Positions 52,410 through 64,000 of a stretch of DNA of 64,000 nucleotides are shown here, piece by piece. Both the position numbers and the translations under genes were made by a program. The number at the start of each line of letters is the position of its first letter. Positions within the stretch are counted from its first letter, which is position 1. Source of the stretch: Setoptus koraiensis (Eukaryota > Animalia > Arthropoda); contig CM106585.1 in assembly GCA_048013815.1 (NCBI GenBank), positions 22,196,001-22,260,000 on the forward strand. The letters are read 5' to 3'. The notes beneath the pieces were generated by a model that saw only the letters and a program-made list of their open reading frames with translations, ran no database searches and was not told the DNA's origin.

Positions 52410-53764
52410 ACTGGTAGTGGGTCAACAGACTGGTGACCGTGGGGCCACATTGCAAGTGGCGAGCGCGTTCTCAGATGGCAGCGACGCCAAAGTGCAAATA
52501 GAAGCGCCATGTAAACGCACATATAAACACAAATGGTTGGCTTGTAAGACGTCGATTGTCTACATGTAATTAATTCGAATCCACTCTAGAAGTGCTTACA
52601 TAATAGGCCACAAATGTGTGTGTGTTGTTGCATTTGTCATGTAAACCACGTCGCCATCAACATAAACAAGCAACTCAAAAGTGACAAAGTATTATTAGAC
52701 AAGTAGCGAATTTATTTATTTATTAATGCGCCTCAAAAGATACTGAAGCTAACTCATTAGGCTATAAATGGCTGACGATGGCGTTGCCTGCAAGCAACGA
52801 CAACAACAACAACGAGCGAATCTGTGTTTGCATTAATCAAACTACTAGTTCATTAGTTTGCGTATTGTTCGTCATGTAATCACGGCTTGTTCAATACGAC
52901 GACGAGCGTGATTGTCGCTGCTGAGTGGGCTCTAGATTGAAAAAGAATACTGTAAATGAAGGGAATTATGTGTCTGTTACTCGAGAATAAATTTATTTCT
53001 CTCCGTCACTTGGGCCTCTATACACATCGACACACACACATACACGCACACAATGGCGCACAACAATTGTTGTTGCGTAAGGAATCCGCTTGCCACAAGC
53101 CACAAAAATGACACACAGCCCACATGTGTGTCACCTAGGCTAGCATGGATGCAACATTATCTACTAACATGTATTGTCAGTGTTGTTCACATCGTACAAA
53201 CTATCACTGTTGGCTTACATCGTTGCGACTCTAGCAACAACAAATTCTCTACGCTAGCTTCTATGATATATACCAGTTACTATTATCATTATGTAATGCA
53301 TTTAGAGTAAATGCATTGCATAATAATATGTGTGCATGGCTTGTCCTGTGGCGGCCTAAATTCGTACATATCACAAGCGCAAGCTGAAGCACGCCACTTA
53401 TGACATAGGCTCACAGCATCGAATTGGATGAAATGAATTACAAATGCAGACACTGTGTCCAAGGATACACATTAGTGATCAATGACAAGACACGATTTAA
53501 ATTGATTGAGAGCATCATCGATTATCATTCATCCAGTATTCACTGTATACACGCCCGACAGGACACCTAGGCTACTCTGGCTCGTTTGTTTGACGCGACG
53601 CAATTCGTACTCTATTAAAGACGCGCTATTATAGACGCATTTAGCCGAGAGAAGCCTCTTACAGCATCGATACCATCGGATCTTTCACAAAAATCGTCAC
53701 AAGGAACTCATTTTCACACAGAGATCTAATACTACTGCTACTAAACGATAGAGATCGGCCAGCG

Positions 53765-55297
53765 ATGAACTCGCACGAATCGAGTCCCATTCGGGCCCTC
53801 AGAAGGCAAGGCTCGGTGGATTCGTCTATATCATCCTCAAATTGGTTGCCCCACGACCAGCACACACCCTACACGACGGCATCATTCAACAGACACGGAA
53901 ACAATCACTGTATGGCGGGCGGAAGTGGCGACTTGTATGTTCATTTCAGTGACCAACAGCAGCAGCAGCAGCCACAATCACAGCAGCCTTGTTCTTTGGG
54001 CATTAATTCAATTCACGATATGCACGATACAAACAACAACAACAACAGAGATGATACTCACAATCACCATGAGTGCCAGTGTCACTATGAACGCGAAACA
54101 CAAAATCAATCAAACAAAAGTAGCGTATTGCATCCCATATTGACGCAAAATGTCAAAAAGCGCACCTATCTCATTGGCAGTGTTGGCCAAGATTCATTGC
54201 TGGGCCACGAGGAATTGTACAGATATTTTCCCACCAGTCAGGTGACCGTTTTTGTTTGCACGTGGAACCAAAACAGGAAGAGGGCCCCGTCGAATTTAAA
54301 CGATCTACTGTTGCCCGAATGCATGGTGTACATGCCAGATATATACGCTGTTGGCGTTCAAGAGGCGGCCAGTTCGGCCAGTGATTATTTTCGCGAATGG
54401 GAAACAGAACTACAAACAACCCTGGGCCCAAGCCATGTTCTATTGCACAGTGTCTCATTGGGCGTGCTACATTTGGCCATTTTCGTCCGGCGTGATCTTA
54501 TTTGGTTCTGTTCGGTGCCAGAAGAGTCTACTTACAATTCGCGCAATCCCGCAGCAAACATGATCAAAACAAAAGGGGCCGTTTCTATTTGTTTCAGATT
54601 CTTTGGAACGTCATTCTTGTTCACAAACTGTCATTTGCCGGCACACGAAAACAAACTCAAGGACAGAATAGACGAATATGAGCGAATTAGAAACTCTATC
54701 GCACTACCAAAAAATTTGAAATCACTCAAGCCGAGATACCTGAGCAAAGATTCAACAGCTCGCTTCGATTGCGTATTCTTTATGGGCGATCTTAACTTCA
54801 GATTGGAACACAGAAGCTTCGACGAAACAATAGCGTTACTAGAGGAGATATTAAATCAACAAGAGCCATCCTATGAGTGTCTCATGCAACACGATGAATT
54901 GACCAAGGTCGTTGAAACGGGCCAAGCGTTCTATGGCTTCAGTGAGAATCACATTAAATTTCCACCAACTTACAAATTTCTAGCCAACACCAATAGATAT
55001 GACAGGCAAACAAAACGGGTGCCAAGTTACACAGACAGAATTTTGTTTAGAACAAAACGACCTAGACACATACAATGTATCACTTATGATTGGTTGCCAC
55101 AATTGATTAGTTCAGATCATAAGCCCGTCTTTTGTCTGGTGAATGTACTTATAAGACCCGGCCATGACAATATTGCTCTGAATGCGGGACTATTCCAAAG
55201 ATCTGTATACCTAGAGGCACTGAAGAGACGCGCCGAGGAGCCCGATGATTTAATAGACGCCGGAAGTAGTGAAAGTTTGATTTGTTCTCTGTCTTGA
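53765..55297 (+). CDS. INPP5E: Inositol polyphosphate 5-phosphatase E, intronless, 510 aa
   Basis: PDIYAVGVQE, TKGAVSICF, FMGDLNFR, FPPTYKF, RVPSYTDRILF, SDHKPV; C-terminal CaaX CSLS as in INPP5E. Confidence 0.95.
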   Translation: MNSHESSPIRALRRQGSVDSSISSSNWLPHDQHTPYTTASFNRHGNNHCMAGGSGDLYVHFSDQQQQQQPQSQQPCSLGINSIHDMHDTNNNNNRDDTHNHHECQCHYERETQNQSNKSSVLHPILTQNVKKRTYLIGSVGQDSLLGHEELYRYFPTSQVTVFVCTWNQNRKRAPSNLNDLLLPECMVYMPDIYAVGVQEAASSASDYFREWETELQTTLGPSHVLLHSVSLGVLHLAIFVRRDLIWFCSVPEESTYNSRNPAANMIKTKGAVSICFRFFGTSFLFTNCHLPAHENKLKDRIDEYERIRNSIALPKNLKSLKPRYLSKDSTARFDCVFFMGDLNFRLEHRSFDETIALLEEILNQQEPSYECLMQHDELTKVVETGQAFYGFSENHIKFPPTYKFLANTNRYDRQTKRVPSYTDRILFRTKRPRHIQCITYDWLPQLISSDHKPVFCLVNVLIRPGHDNIALNAGLFQRSVYLEALKRRAEEPDDLIDAGSSESLICSLS

Positions 55298-56037
55298 CAT
55301 AGGGCATTATTGGGCTTCTGATAACTTTACACTGCCTATCACAAGATATTTCTGTATCAATCGACGACACTACGATTGTCATGGAAACAGCAGCCCAATA
55401 AGAAAGCCGACGAACAAAACTAATTGATTTTTTTTTTCATTTGTTACCCTTATATCAAATCATATGCTAGATCAAAGATGTCTACTGTTTGATCTAGGTT
55501 CTTTTTTTGTTAATATTGAAGACCAAACTGACAATTATATTAGAAAGTATTAAACAGTTAACTAAGGATATTTTTGGATTATATATGTATATATATATCT
55601 ATAGACAGACACTCGCACGTATATGTACACATAAGATTTTCATGTATTTTTTTTTCTTTAATTACATATGTCTATATATAGATAAATATATATATGTATT
55701 TATATATATCTATCTCAAAATTTCTCTAGTGTACACGACGATATACTTGATGGGAGTTTTATCATATTGCTATCAAGATAATCACACAGTCTTTGGCAGA
55801 TTCGAGTACAAATAATGAAGTTTACAGTTAAGCCAAGTGACCACAGTCCATTGTCATTATTTTGTTTCTGAAACTGGCTGGGAATGCTAAACAAACATTT
55901 AAAAGTTTTTGCTTTTGTATTTCCATCAATAAAATTTGGATATACTTTGTCTCTAAGTTTTTGTTTTCTCTTGTCAAAAGTTGAATTGATTTGTGTTGTT
56001 GTGTCATAATTGTGAACGAGCTGAGTGCATCCTCTAA

Positions 56038-59000
56038 CTACAACTCTGTTATACAGATCGGTTTGACATTTGATTGTTTGATCTGACTTGAATGGTGATG
56101 ATTTGGTCTTGGGGCCAAAACAGGTGGGGGAGGTGGTGGTGGCATGCTTGTGATATGGTTGCCTCTATTGTTGTTACTATAAGCAGGATGACGAACCTGT
56201 TTATTAGTGGGTGCCAGAGTTGTAAGAGAAGGAGCGGTAGTGGTGGTGGTGATCGTTGTGTTGTTGTTGTTGTTGGTACTCGTCGATTTACCATTTGCAA
56301 CATTGTTCGGCAATCTAGTCTCTGAGTGAGACGCGTTAGGCTTTATGTTAACCTGATTCATTATAACAGGACCACTGCTCACAGATCTCTGATGATTCTT
56401 CTCTGGCAGTGGCGGGGGAGGAGGTTGTGATTGGGGAGCCTTTTGTTGTTGCGCAAATGTTGTAGGAGTCTTATTATTGTTAATAATTTGTTGTTTGTTG
56501 TTACTAGAGATTTGTGTTGATGATTGCGTGCTTATCTCATTGTTTGGCTGCGAAGATATACCACTAACTTTATGATGTGATGATGAACTAGATACTTTTG
56601 GTTGCGAACTAAAAGTTGTTATTTGAGCTCTGTTGCCGCCTGTCGTTATTGTTGTCGCTTGCTTAGCAATAGTATCACCATTATCATTTTCACTAGGAGA
56701 CATATGACCACTGGTTGTCACCACCTGCATCTGATTTAATGATGTCTCTGAAGTTGGTGATAATTTATTTGAAACAACACTATCAGCAGTTTCAGATGTG
56801 TTCCTAGTGGTCTTAACAATATCCGTTGTCACAATGCCATTAGACTTTCCGTCTTGCATGCTCATGACAATGTTAGGTACAGTGGGTGGTTTGACTGGAA
56901 TACTTTGGGGCGGGTGGTGGTGTCTGTTATTGCCAGTGTTAGCTACAGGATTCAACTTAACACTACTGTCTTGATTAGATTTTATATTCTGACCTGAATT
57001 GATGTTGCTGTTGGCGTTACTATTTAAAAATCTTCGATTTGGTTCCACTCTACTCCGTCTGCTGGCAAACCTTTGCGAGGGCCGCCTCTCAAATGTGGAT
57101 CTATTACTCATTTCTATCGCCTGTTGTTGTGCTCTCAACATTGTAGATTGGAATTCAGTTTTGCCCGAATATCTGAATCTGCTACCCATTCTAACGAAAT
57201 TTTGTTTCTGTGATTTGCCAGCAGTGGTAGCGACAGCAGTAGTCTTCAATCTGTAAAATGCATGATGCTCCACAGCGCACTGTTGAGTGGGAAAATTATA
57301 GCAATTATTAAGGAGGAAGAAAATTATATAATCGTTCAGTTAGTTAGTTGCTGTAGCGAAGAGTGCATATTGTCCTTCGAAAGTCGTTACAGTCGAAGCA
57401 GAAATACTAACCTTCCAAAGATGTTTGCATGCGCGAACGGTATAAAGTCTGAAAACAAACGTATGCTCCTGTTCTCTTCCTTCATCGTCATCTTCTACAA
57501 CTATAAGAGTTAATTTTTTACCCTTGAAGTCAAGTTTTGTGATTTTCGGCCAAAAAAATAGTCCAATCTTGGTTAGTCCCTCGAACACTAAAACACCGCT
57601 TGGTGTAAGTCCCAGACTATATTCATTGCCATCTTTTCCTAATACAGTATGTGTGTCCACTCCATACATTTCCAACCATTTTGCTTTGTTAAGATAAGCT
57701 CGCTCGGCTTCGGCTGATGACATGGGCGACGTTGTAATGGTTGTTATCGACGACGATGTTGACGATGATGCCGCTCTATTAGAGTCTAAATGATAACCCG
57801 ATGTTAAATTAGAGCTGTTATATGATGGCTTTTGGGCCTTCCAATTTTGCAATATTGTCTTCTCGAGTGTCTCAGTTTGATTAGGTACAAATCTAAATTC
57901 TGAAATAAAAGCCTCGTGGTGCTCGTCTTCGTCGTACTCGCCAAATTCGGATTGCAAGGCAAGTGCAGCGAGCTGGGCTGCCACGTCATCTTGACAAGGT
58001 AACTTTCCAGTTAGAATATCACTCTTCAATTGCAAAAAGAATAAATAACGTGTAAATTCATCCTTGAGCTTATTAGGTTCAGATGAATAGAATTTCACTC
58101 TTAATCTGAAGGTATAGGGAGGTCCTATTTTGACTTGCTTTTTGATTAATTTAGTATGATCTAACCAATTTTGTTGCGATTGTGTATCGGTGTGCTGTAA
58201 GCCGAAGTAATCACTCTCAATGGTTAGATTGATTTTGGAGCACACCTCATCAAATAACTCTCCCCCTAATGCTGTCTTTTTAACATAAATAGTGCAATCC
58301 GTTCCATCTAAAAGTAATATTTTACAGTGTAGATACTGTTTTATATTGGTAGGTAAGACAGTGCCTGAGCTATCAACATTTGGATTGTAATTTGTGCCTC
58401 CTACGCCTGATGAAAAGAAGCCAGATTTATTGTTATCGTTGTTTCGATTACCACCTTTTTTTGTTTGGTTGATCACATGTCGCCGAGAACGGCCAAAACG
58501 ACGAGATATAAAGCGGAACATTTGGTCGAAAGACCAATGTTTAAGTTGAGATTGCTCGTCGTCGTCAGTAATTTGATCGTAGTTTATATTATTTTGGCCA
58601 ATGTAATAGTTTCTATATCTTCGTGAACCAAACGTTCGATTGTTATTGAGATTGTTAGTGTTGTTATTCGTATTATTATTAATATTGTTGTTATTGGTGT
58701 TAGTTTTGTTGTTGTCGCTGCAATGATTTGTTGCTGATGATTCATTGATTTGTGAAGATTTATTATCGTTATTAATCTTATTAATATCGCCTAAATTTTT
58801 GTTGTTTGTTGATGTATCAGATACTGCATGACCCTTATGTGGTGTATTGATAATTGACGGCATAGAATTGTTGCTGCTCTGATTAGACGACGACTCATTA
58901 ACAACAAGTGGATTTATTTTCCCATTAACGATTCTTACATCCTTAGATAGAGCACCGTCGTTAGTTTGTTGTTGCGGTTGATGATTTTGTTGATGTGAAT

Positions 59001-60516
59001 ATTTATGATTATTATTTTTATCAGCGCTTGTTGTAGTTGTTGTATTGTTGTCGTCGGTATTATTTTCGTTGTTATTTTTGTTTGCATTAGAAGATGATCC
59101 GACATTATATGAGTTTGCTGAATTTGATAATGGACAGGTTTTTTGCGGTAGCCGTGATTTTTGTTGCTGTTGGTGTTGTGTATCATGGCAAGATACACCA
59201 GATTTTTCACCAGATATTAATGACGTTGATGTTGTTGATAGATGTGAAGTATTTCGAGGATCATCGTGCAACCTCGATCGCGGTAGTTGAGGTGATCGTT
59301 CTAAAATAGGTATCTCAAATGCAGCAATATCATCAGACGAATGTGCGTTGATAATTTTTGAGTCTGGCTTAACAGCAGGAGTTGTTGTAGAGGAGTTTGT
59401 TGCGTTGTCAGAATTGTTGTTAGATGATATGCTTGATGGTATCGCAGTAATTGATATTGTAGCCGGGACCGCAGTAGGGGCAACAATCGGCATTGGATTT
59501 AAGGTCGCCGTTTTAAGTGAATTAAAGGGGATCACGTTAGATGCTAACTTGTTGTTATTGTCCGTAACAATATTGTCGCTCAGGCAGTTGTTATCATTAA
59601 ATGGGTTGTAAATAGTTTTATCATCATCAGAATCTGATTTGTCAGTCAGTTGATGTGCTGCTGATGATTCAACATAGAAGTAGTTGTCGTCGTTTTTGTT
59701 GCCGTTGTTGCTGTTGTTGTTGTTGTTGTTATCAATATTATTATTATTTAAGCTTACAGTTGTTGCTGGTATCACGGATTCATTGCATTTCGTAATTGAA
59801 GTGAGCTGTCGTTGTATTTTGGAATGTTCACGTTGATGTAAATCGTCGTCGCTTGATTGTGCAGTTAATTCATTCGTTTTGAAAATTGACTGTGCTGGAA
59901 TGTAAGAATGTTCATTATCATTATTATTGTAATTGATAGGAGTGTCATTCAGGCTTTCTTCAATATTATTATTATCACACTTGGATTTGGTTGAAGTGTC
60001 GTCATAGCAGCTACCCGACGACGATGACAACAGGTGCAAAGATTCAACAGAGCAATCAAGATTATTGTTGATCTCGTAACCGTGGTGGGTGTGTATAAAG
60101 TGTGTAGAGTAGTTGGCTCGCGGTTCTTCTCGTTCTATTTGCACAATGCTTGCCTTGGGAAGACGCCACAATAAATTAGGTGCCTCTTGTGTTGCAGCGG
60201 AATTTTTTCGTTGCGATGAACAAATTGCTGTGGTGGTGGTGGTTGTTGTTGTTGTTGAGCAATTTGCGAAGCTAGACGGTGGTGGTGGTGGCGACGGCGA
60301 CGACGGCGAATTATTTGATAGAGATAAAAAAGAAAGACTTTTGGTGGCACTTTGATGAATATGATGATTCAGTGGTTGATGGGCGTAACAAAATAGATTT
60401 TGTTGTTGATTAATTGTATCGCTTGTTGTGTCGCCAGTGACCAGTCCAACGGCATTTGTGATGTCGGTTGCGATGGCAACGTTTGTTATTGCGTTCGTGG
60501 TGGTGTTATTGTGCAT
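56038..60516 (-). CDS. EPB41L5: Yurt/EPB41L5 FERM + FERM-adjacent protein, ~1448 aa; join(60516..57412,57279..56038)
   Basis: [47 protein letters not shown]|[26 protein letters not shown]-terminal PDZ-binding ITEL; intron AAG|gttagt..cag|TGC. Confidence 0.92.
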
Positions 60517-60577
60517 TCAAAAAGAATTCTGTTTGGTGACGTTAATTTAGGTGTTGTTATCGTTGTTTGTTTCAGCT

Positions 60578-60621
<44 letters not shown>

Positions 60622-60630
60622 AATGATAAT
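60578..60630. repeat. (GAT)n microsatellite
   Basis: About 14 uninterrupted GAT followed by AAT/GAT. Confidence 0.95.
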
Positions 60631-61689
60631 TAGGGAGTATGTTGTGTGTGTCGTATCGCGTAAAATTGTTACATAGTACAAGTAAATCTAGTGATGCGTA
60701 ATACAGTTGGCACAACAACAAGTTGTCTGTCAGAGTGAACAGTGAAAAAAACAACAAGTGTTAAGTTGTTTGCGTTAAAGTTGATGTTGCGTTTGTGGTG
60801 TAGCCAATAGTTACAATAGTTTTGTTATAGTTTGTTATGTTTGAGGATGCGTCAGGATGTCAGCAGCGATATTGAAAAGTGTCAAGCTTGTTGATGCGAC
60901 AAATGGTTTGGCAATTTTAGGTCAGTCAACTTGTGTGAGTTGATAATGATGATCGTTGCGATAAAACATTAATCAAACACACACACACACACACACAACA
61001 AATGTATATCAATATCGATTAGATATTTTGGGCCATGCTTCATCGGCCAAATGATGAGGTGATGTGGATGAGCGCTTTAGCGATGTAATTGTAACTAATT
61101 TGAAATTTGTGTGGCATTTATCGCGTTTCAGTCCCAGAAAACAAACACAAATTTGATTGGCATTGCATGTAGGCCCACAATGAATCGGCGCCAACGAGTA
61201 TTGTTGTTGTTGTTGAATTAATTATCGACGATTGAATTGATCCGTTTGGAATTGCAACGAATGTTATGTGAATCCTCCGATGTTTGATATTGTCCGATGC
61301 GGATGATGAGTCGAATGGATAGGGAGAGATTAGGTGAAGACAGGACAATTTAGTGGCGGCTCTTTTTCTTCGACGTCAACAGGTAGTTGTTGTTAGTATT
61401 GTTATTAATGTTGCAACTGTGTGTGTGCTTGAGATACGACGATGCAGAATCCTTTATTTGGGTGATTGTGATAAAAAATTGCGTTTCTTGGTAGGCTGAT
61501 AATAATTTAATAATAATAAAAATAAAAGGCGACTCTCGAATTGTGCTTTGTTATTTATTTATTTGATACAGGCACCTTTGGCGAGTATCAGCTGATGTTG
61601 CTATTATGAGGACACACTCACTCGCTCACAGGTAGATTCGGTATAAAGGTTCGGTGGTTGGTTGGTTGTTGTTCGATGTCGATGGCACA

Positions 61690-61833
61690 AACACAAACAC
61701 ACACACGCACAGACACACACAAACGCAGCAGACAGAGCACAGTCGCAGAAAAATTGCTTCTTGTTGCTCTTGGCTTCTTGTCGGTGCCAATGCGATTCGC
61801 ATTATGCGAATGTGTGTGTGTGTGTGAGTATGT

Positions 61834-61874
<41 letters not shown>

Positions 61875-61925
61875 CGCAGAGAACACAGATATTCGACAGT
61901 GTGTACAGTGTGTGTGTGTGTGTGT
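61690..61925. repeat. Cluster of (CA)n/(TG)n microsatellites upstream of yurt (others at ~60977, 62743, 63195, 63788)
   Basis: Seen directly. Confidence 0.9.
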
Positions 61926-62742
61926 ACAGTACAGTGCAAAGAGTTGTTGTGCTGGTCACTAAAATATAATAATAATAATTTTGCTTGATAATTTCTCTCT
62001 CCGTTCACCTTGATTGATTCGCTCTGATGAGAAGTGACTGGTGAGCGCAGTGGCAGCAACAAGTGAATGAACAATTGAACTAATTGGAATATGTCCAATT
62101 TATTTTCTTCTCGTTATTCGCTTCTCGTTATTCGCCTCTCGACTGGTCGTTGCCGTACTGCAAATGATGATGACGACGATGATATGGCATAAAATTAGTT
62201 ATGTGCACAGTAGTCACATTACGCTAATGATAACAATGCCATGCAAGTGCACGCCAATGGTAGAAAGCGCCAAGGCAATCGAATTTTGTTCGCCGGTGGT
62301 GGTGCTGGCGTGTGCGTTACACAGCTACACAGCTATACAGCGTTGTACGGCGTTATGCAACGTTATGCAACGAGCTGCCACCAATTGCAGTGGTCGTTTA
62401 TGGTCGCAATCGAATGTGCCAATCGAACATTCCTATAGGCCAGTCGAACTAGCGAGCCAACCGACAAGCGAACCAACCAATCATTGGTTGGCAATGAGCG
62501 AACGAATGCGCGACCAATGATTGGTGTTGCATCGAATCTGATGTGTGTGTGTCGATACTGTTGCGCATACGCGACTATATGTGCGCTTTTTGCCACTCGC
62601 TTGGCCGCTACTGTTTCGTAGCGTCCAAAAAGTTCTCTCGCTACTTGCCAATGCATTTTGCTGCGCATTAGCATTAGTCCTTTACTATAATATTGTGTTG
62701 CGAGTCACAATTTGTGAGATTGTTCGATTTATGTTCGATTAA

Positions 62743-62776
<34 letters not shown>

Positions 62777-64000
62777 GGCCCTAATAGTTTGTGAGTGGCG
62801 CACACTTGCGCCCTCGCACACCGACTGGCAGCCACCAGCTAACAGTGCGCTGGTAACGAACACACAGCACAGACGACAGAGAGCACTTTGCACTTGTTTA
62901 TTGGTTGTCAGTGCGCCTTTGTAATGGCATTTGTTGTGCCGTGATAGTATCTTGTGCGAGCCGCTCTATCAATAGTGGCTCTGGCTCCATTAATTCGATA
63001 TAAATTGATTAGGACGACCATGATGATGATATAATATTAAACGTTACGTTTGCAATACGTTTGCGCACAGTGTGCGATTATTATCCCCTTTAATCTCTTT
63101 ATTGGCGTCGCCGTCTCACATATGAAATAATAGTAATTATTGTTGTTGTCCGGCAACCTGTTTAATGAACCAGCTCGCCGTTGTCTCAAATTGTACACAC
63201 ACACACACACTTGTCGAACGGTGGAATGGCCGGCTCAAATGCAATCCGAGGGCCAGCGCTTGGCAGCGGCTGGCAGCGGCGCTGAGCCATTGTTGGCCCG
63301 GCCACATCCAGCCATCGGACACAATTACACACAAGCACCTTTTGCACACATGCTCTCGAACATTGCAAATTGGAATCTTGAATCGAACGATGTGTGCTGA
63401 ATCGAATGGCCGAAGGGGGGACGGCACCACGGCCGCCACACTGGCCGCACTCTATACTGCACTGAACAGCTATACATGCACTGAGCTATACAGCTTTATG
63501 GCTACATTATAGCTAGCTATGCGCTGTGGCAGCGCACTGTACATGCGCACATCGGCCATCTTCGTGGGACGGCTCAGCGCGGCGACCGCTTCACCCGACG
63601 GCTTCACCCGACGGCTCTGTCCACGGCGAGCACCTGCGACCGGCGCAAGCCGACGGATAAATTATCCGGGATAATAAGCTTCCACGCACGCACACACCGC
63701 CGCCGCTGCTGCTCAACGGCACTAATGCTGCGCTCGTCTATAGTGACCACTCCAATATAGCAACACTTCTCAGGCATCTTGTCGGGCGTGTGTGTGTGTG
63801 TGTGTGCATGCGCGGCCGTCCAAGCCTCGCACTCCGAGGCGATAACATGACCATGTACGCGCACTCTCCGTCCAGCCACTATCGCTCAGCCACTGGTCAC
63901 TTGTTGCCCATACGCTCGCTGTGTACACTTGGCACTGGCGCACACTGGGCACTGGCGCATGCTTGGCCGCCACTGACCGGTGTATGTTTGGCACTGGTCA

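Noticed and set aside
60113-63994. THTH/CVCV/poly-H/poly-D ORFs
   Set aside because: Translations of (CA)n, (TG)n and (GAT)n microsatellites.

Overview
Eukaryotic, gene-dense, intron-poor arthropod DNA. The short introns (90-200 bp), many intronless housekeeping genes and poly-Q/N/H/S insertions suggest a miniaturised mite such as an eriophyoid; this is inference only. Left to right: (1) the 5' >=11.6 kb of a giant titin/sallimus-type gene on the minus strand. It is one uninterrupted ORF with six Ig domains and a 19-unit 171/174-bp PEVK-like array, and the ORF track omits it because it runs off the window. (2) An AFG2/SPATA5-like AAA ATPase and SRPRA. (3) A collapsed inverted duplicate made of AFG2 and titin-gene fragments. 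(4) Two small Tyr-rich secreted cuticle-type genes and FTSJ1/TRM7. (5) A LIM/TMEM94 segmental-duplication complex: LIM1, LIM pseudo-exon, TMEM94, ATP7, LIM2, TMEM94 pseudogene. (6) ARMT1, a divergent gustatory-receptor-like gene, INPP5E, and yurt/EPB41L5 with a long N-terminal extension. No rRNA, tRNA, CRISPR or intact mobile element was found. The most interesting signals are the hidden duplication remnants, apparent gene conversion between distant copies, and an apparent coding-to-intron conversion in LIM2. All alignments and counts were done by hand.
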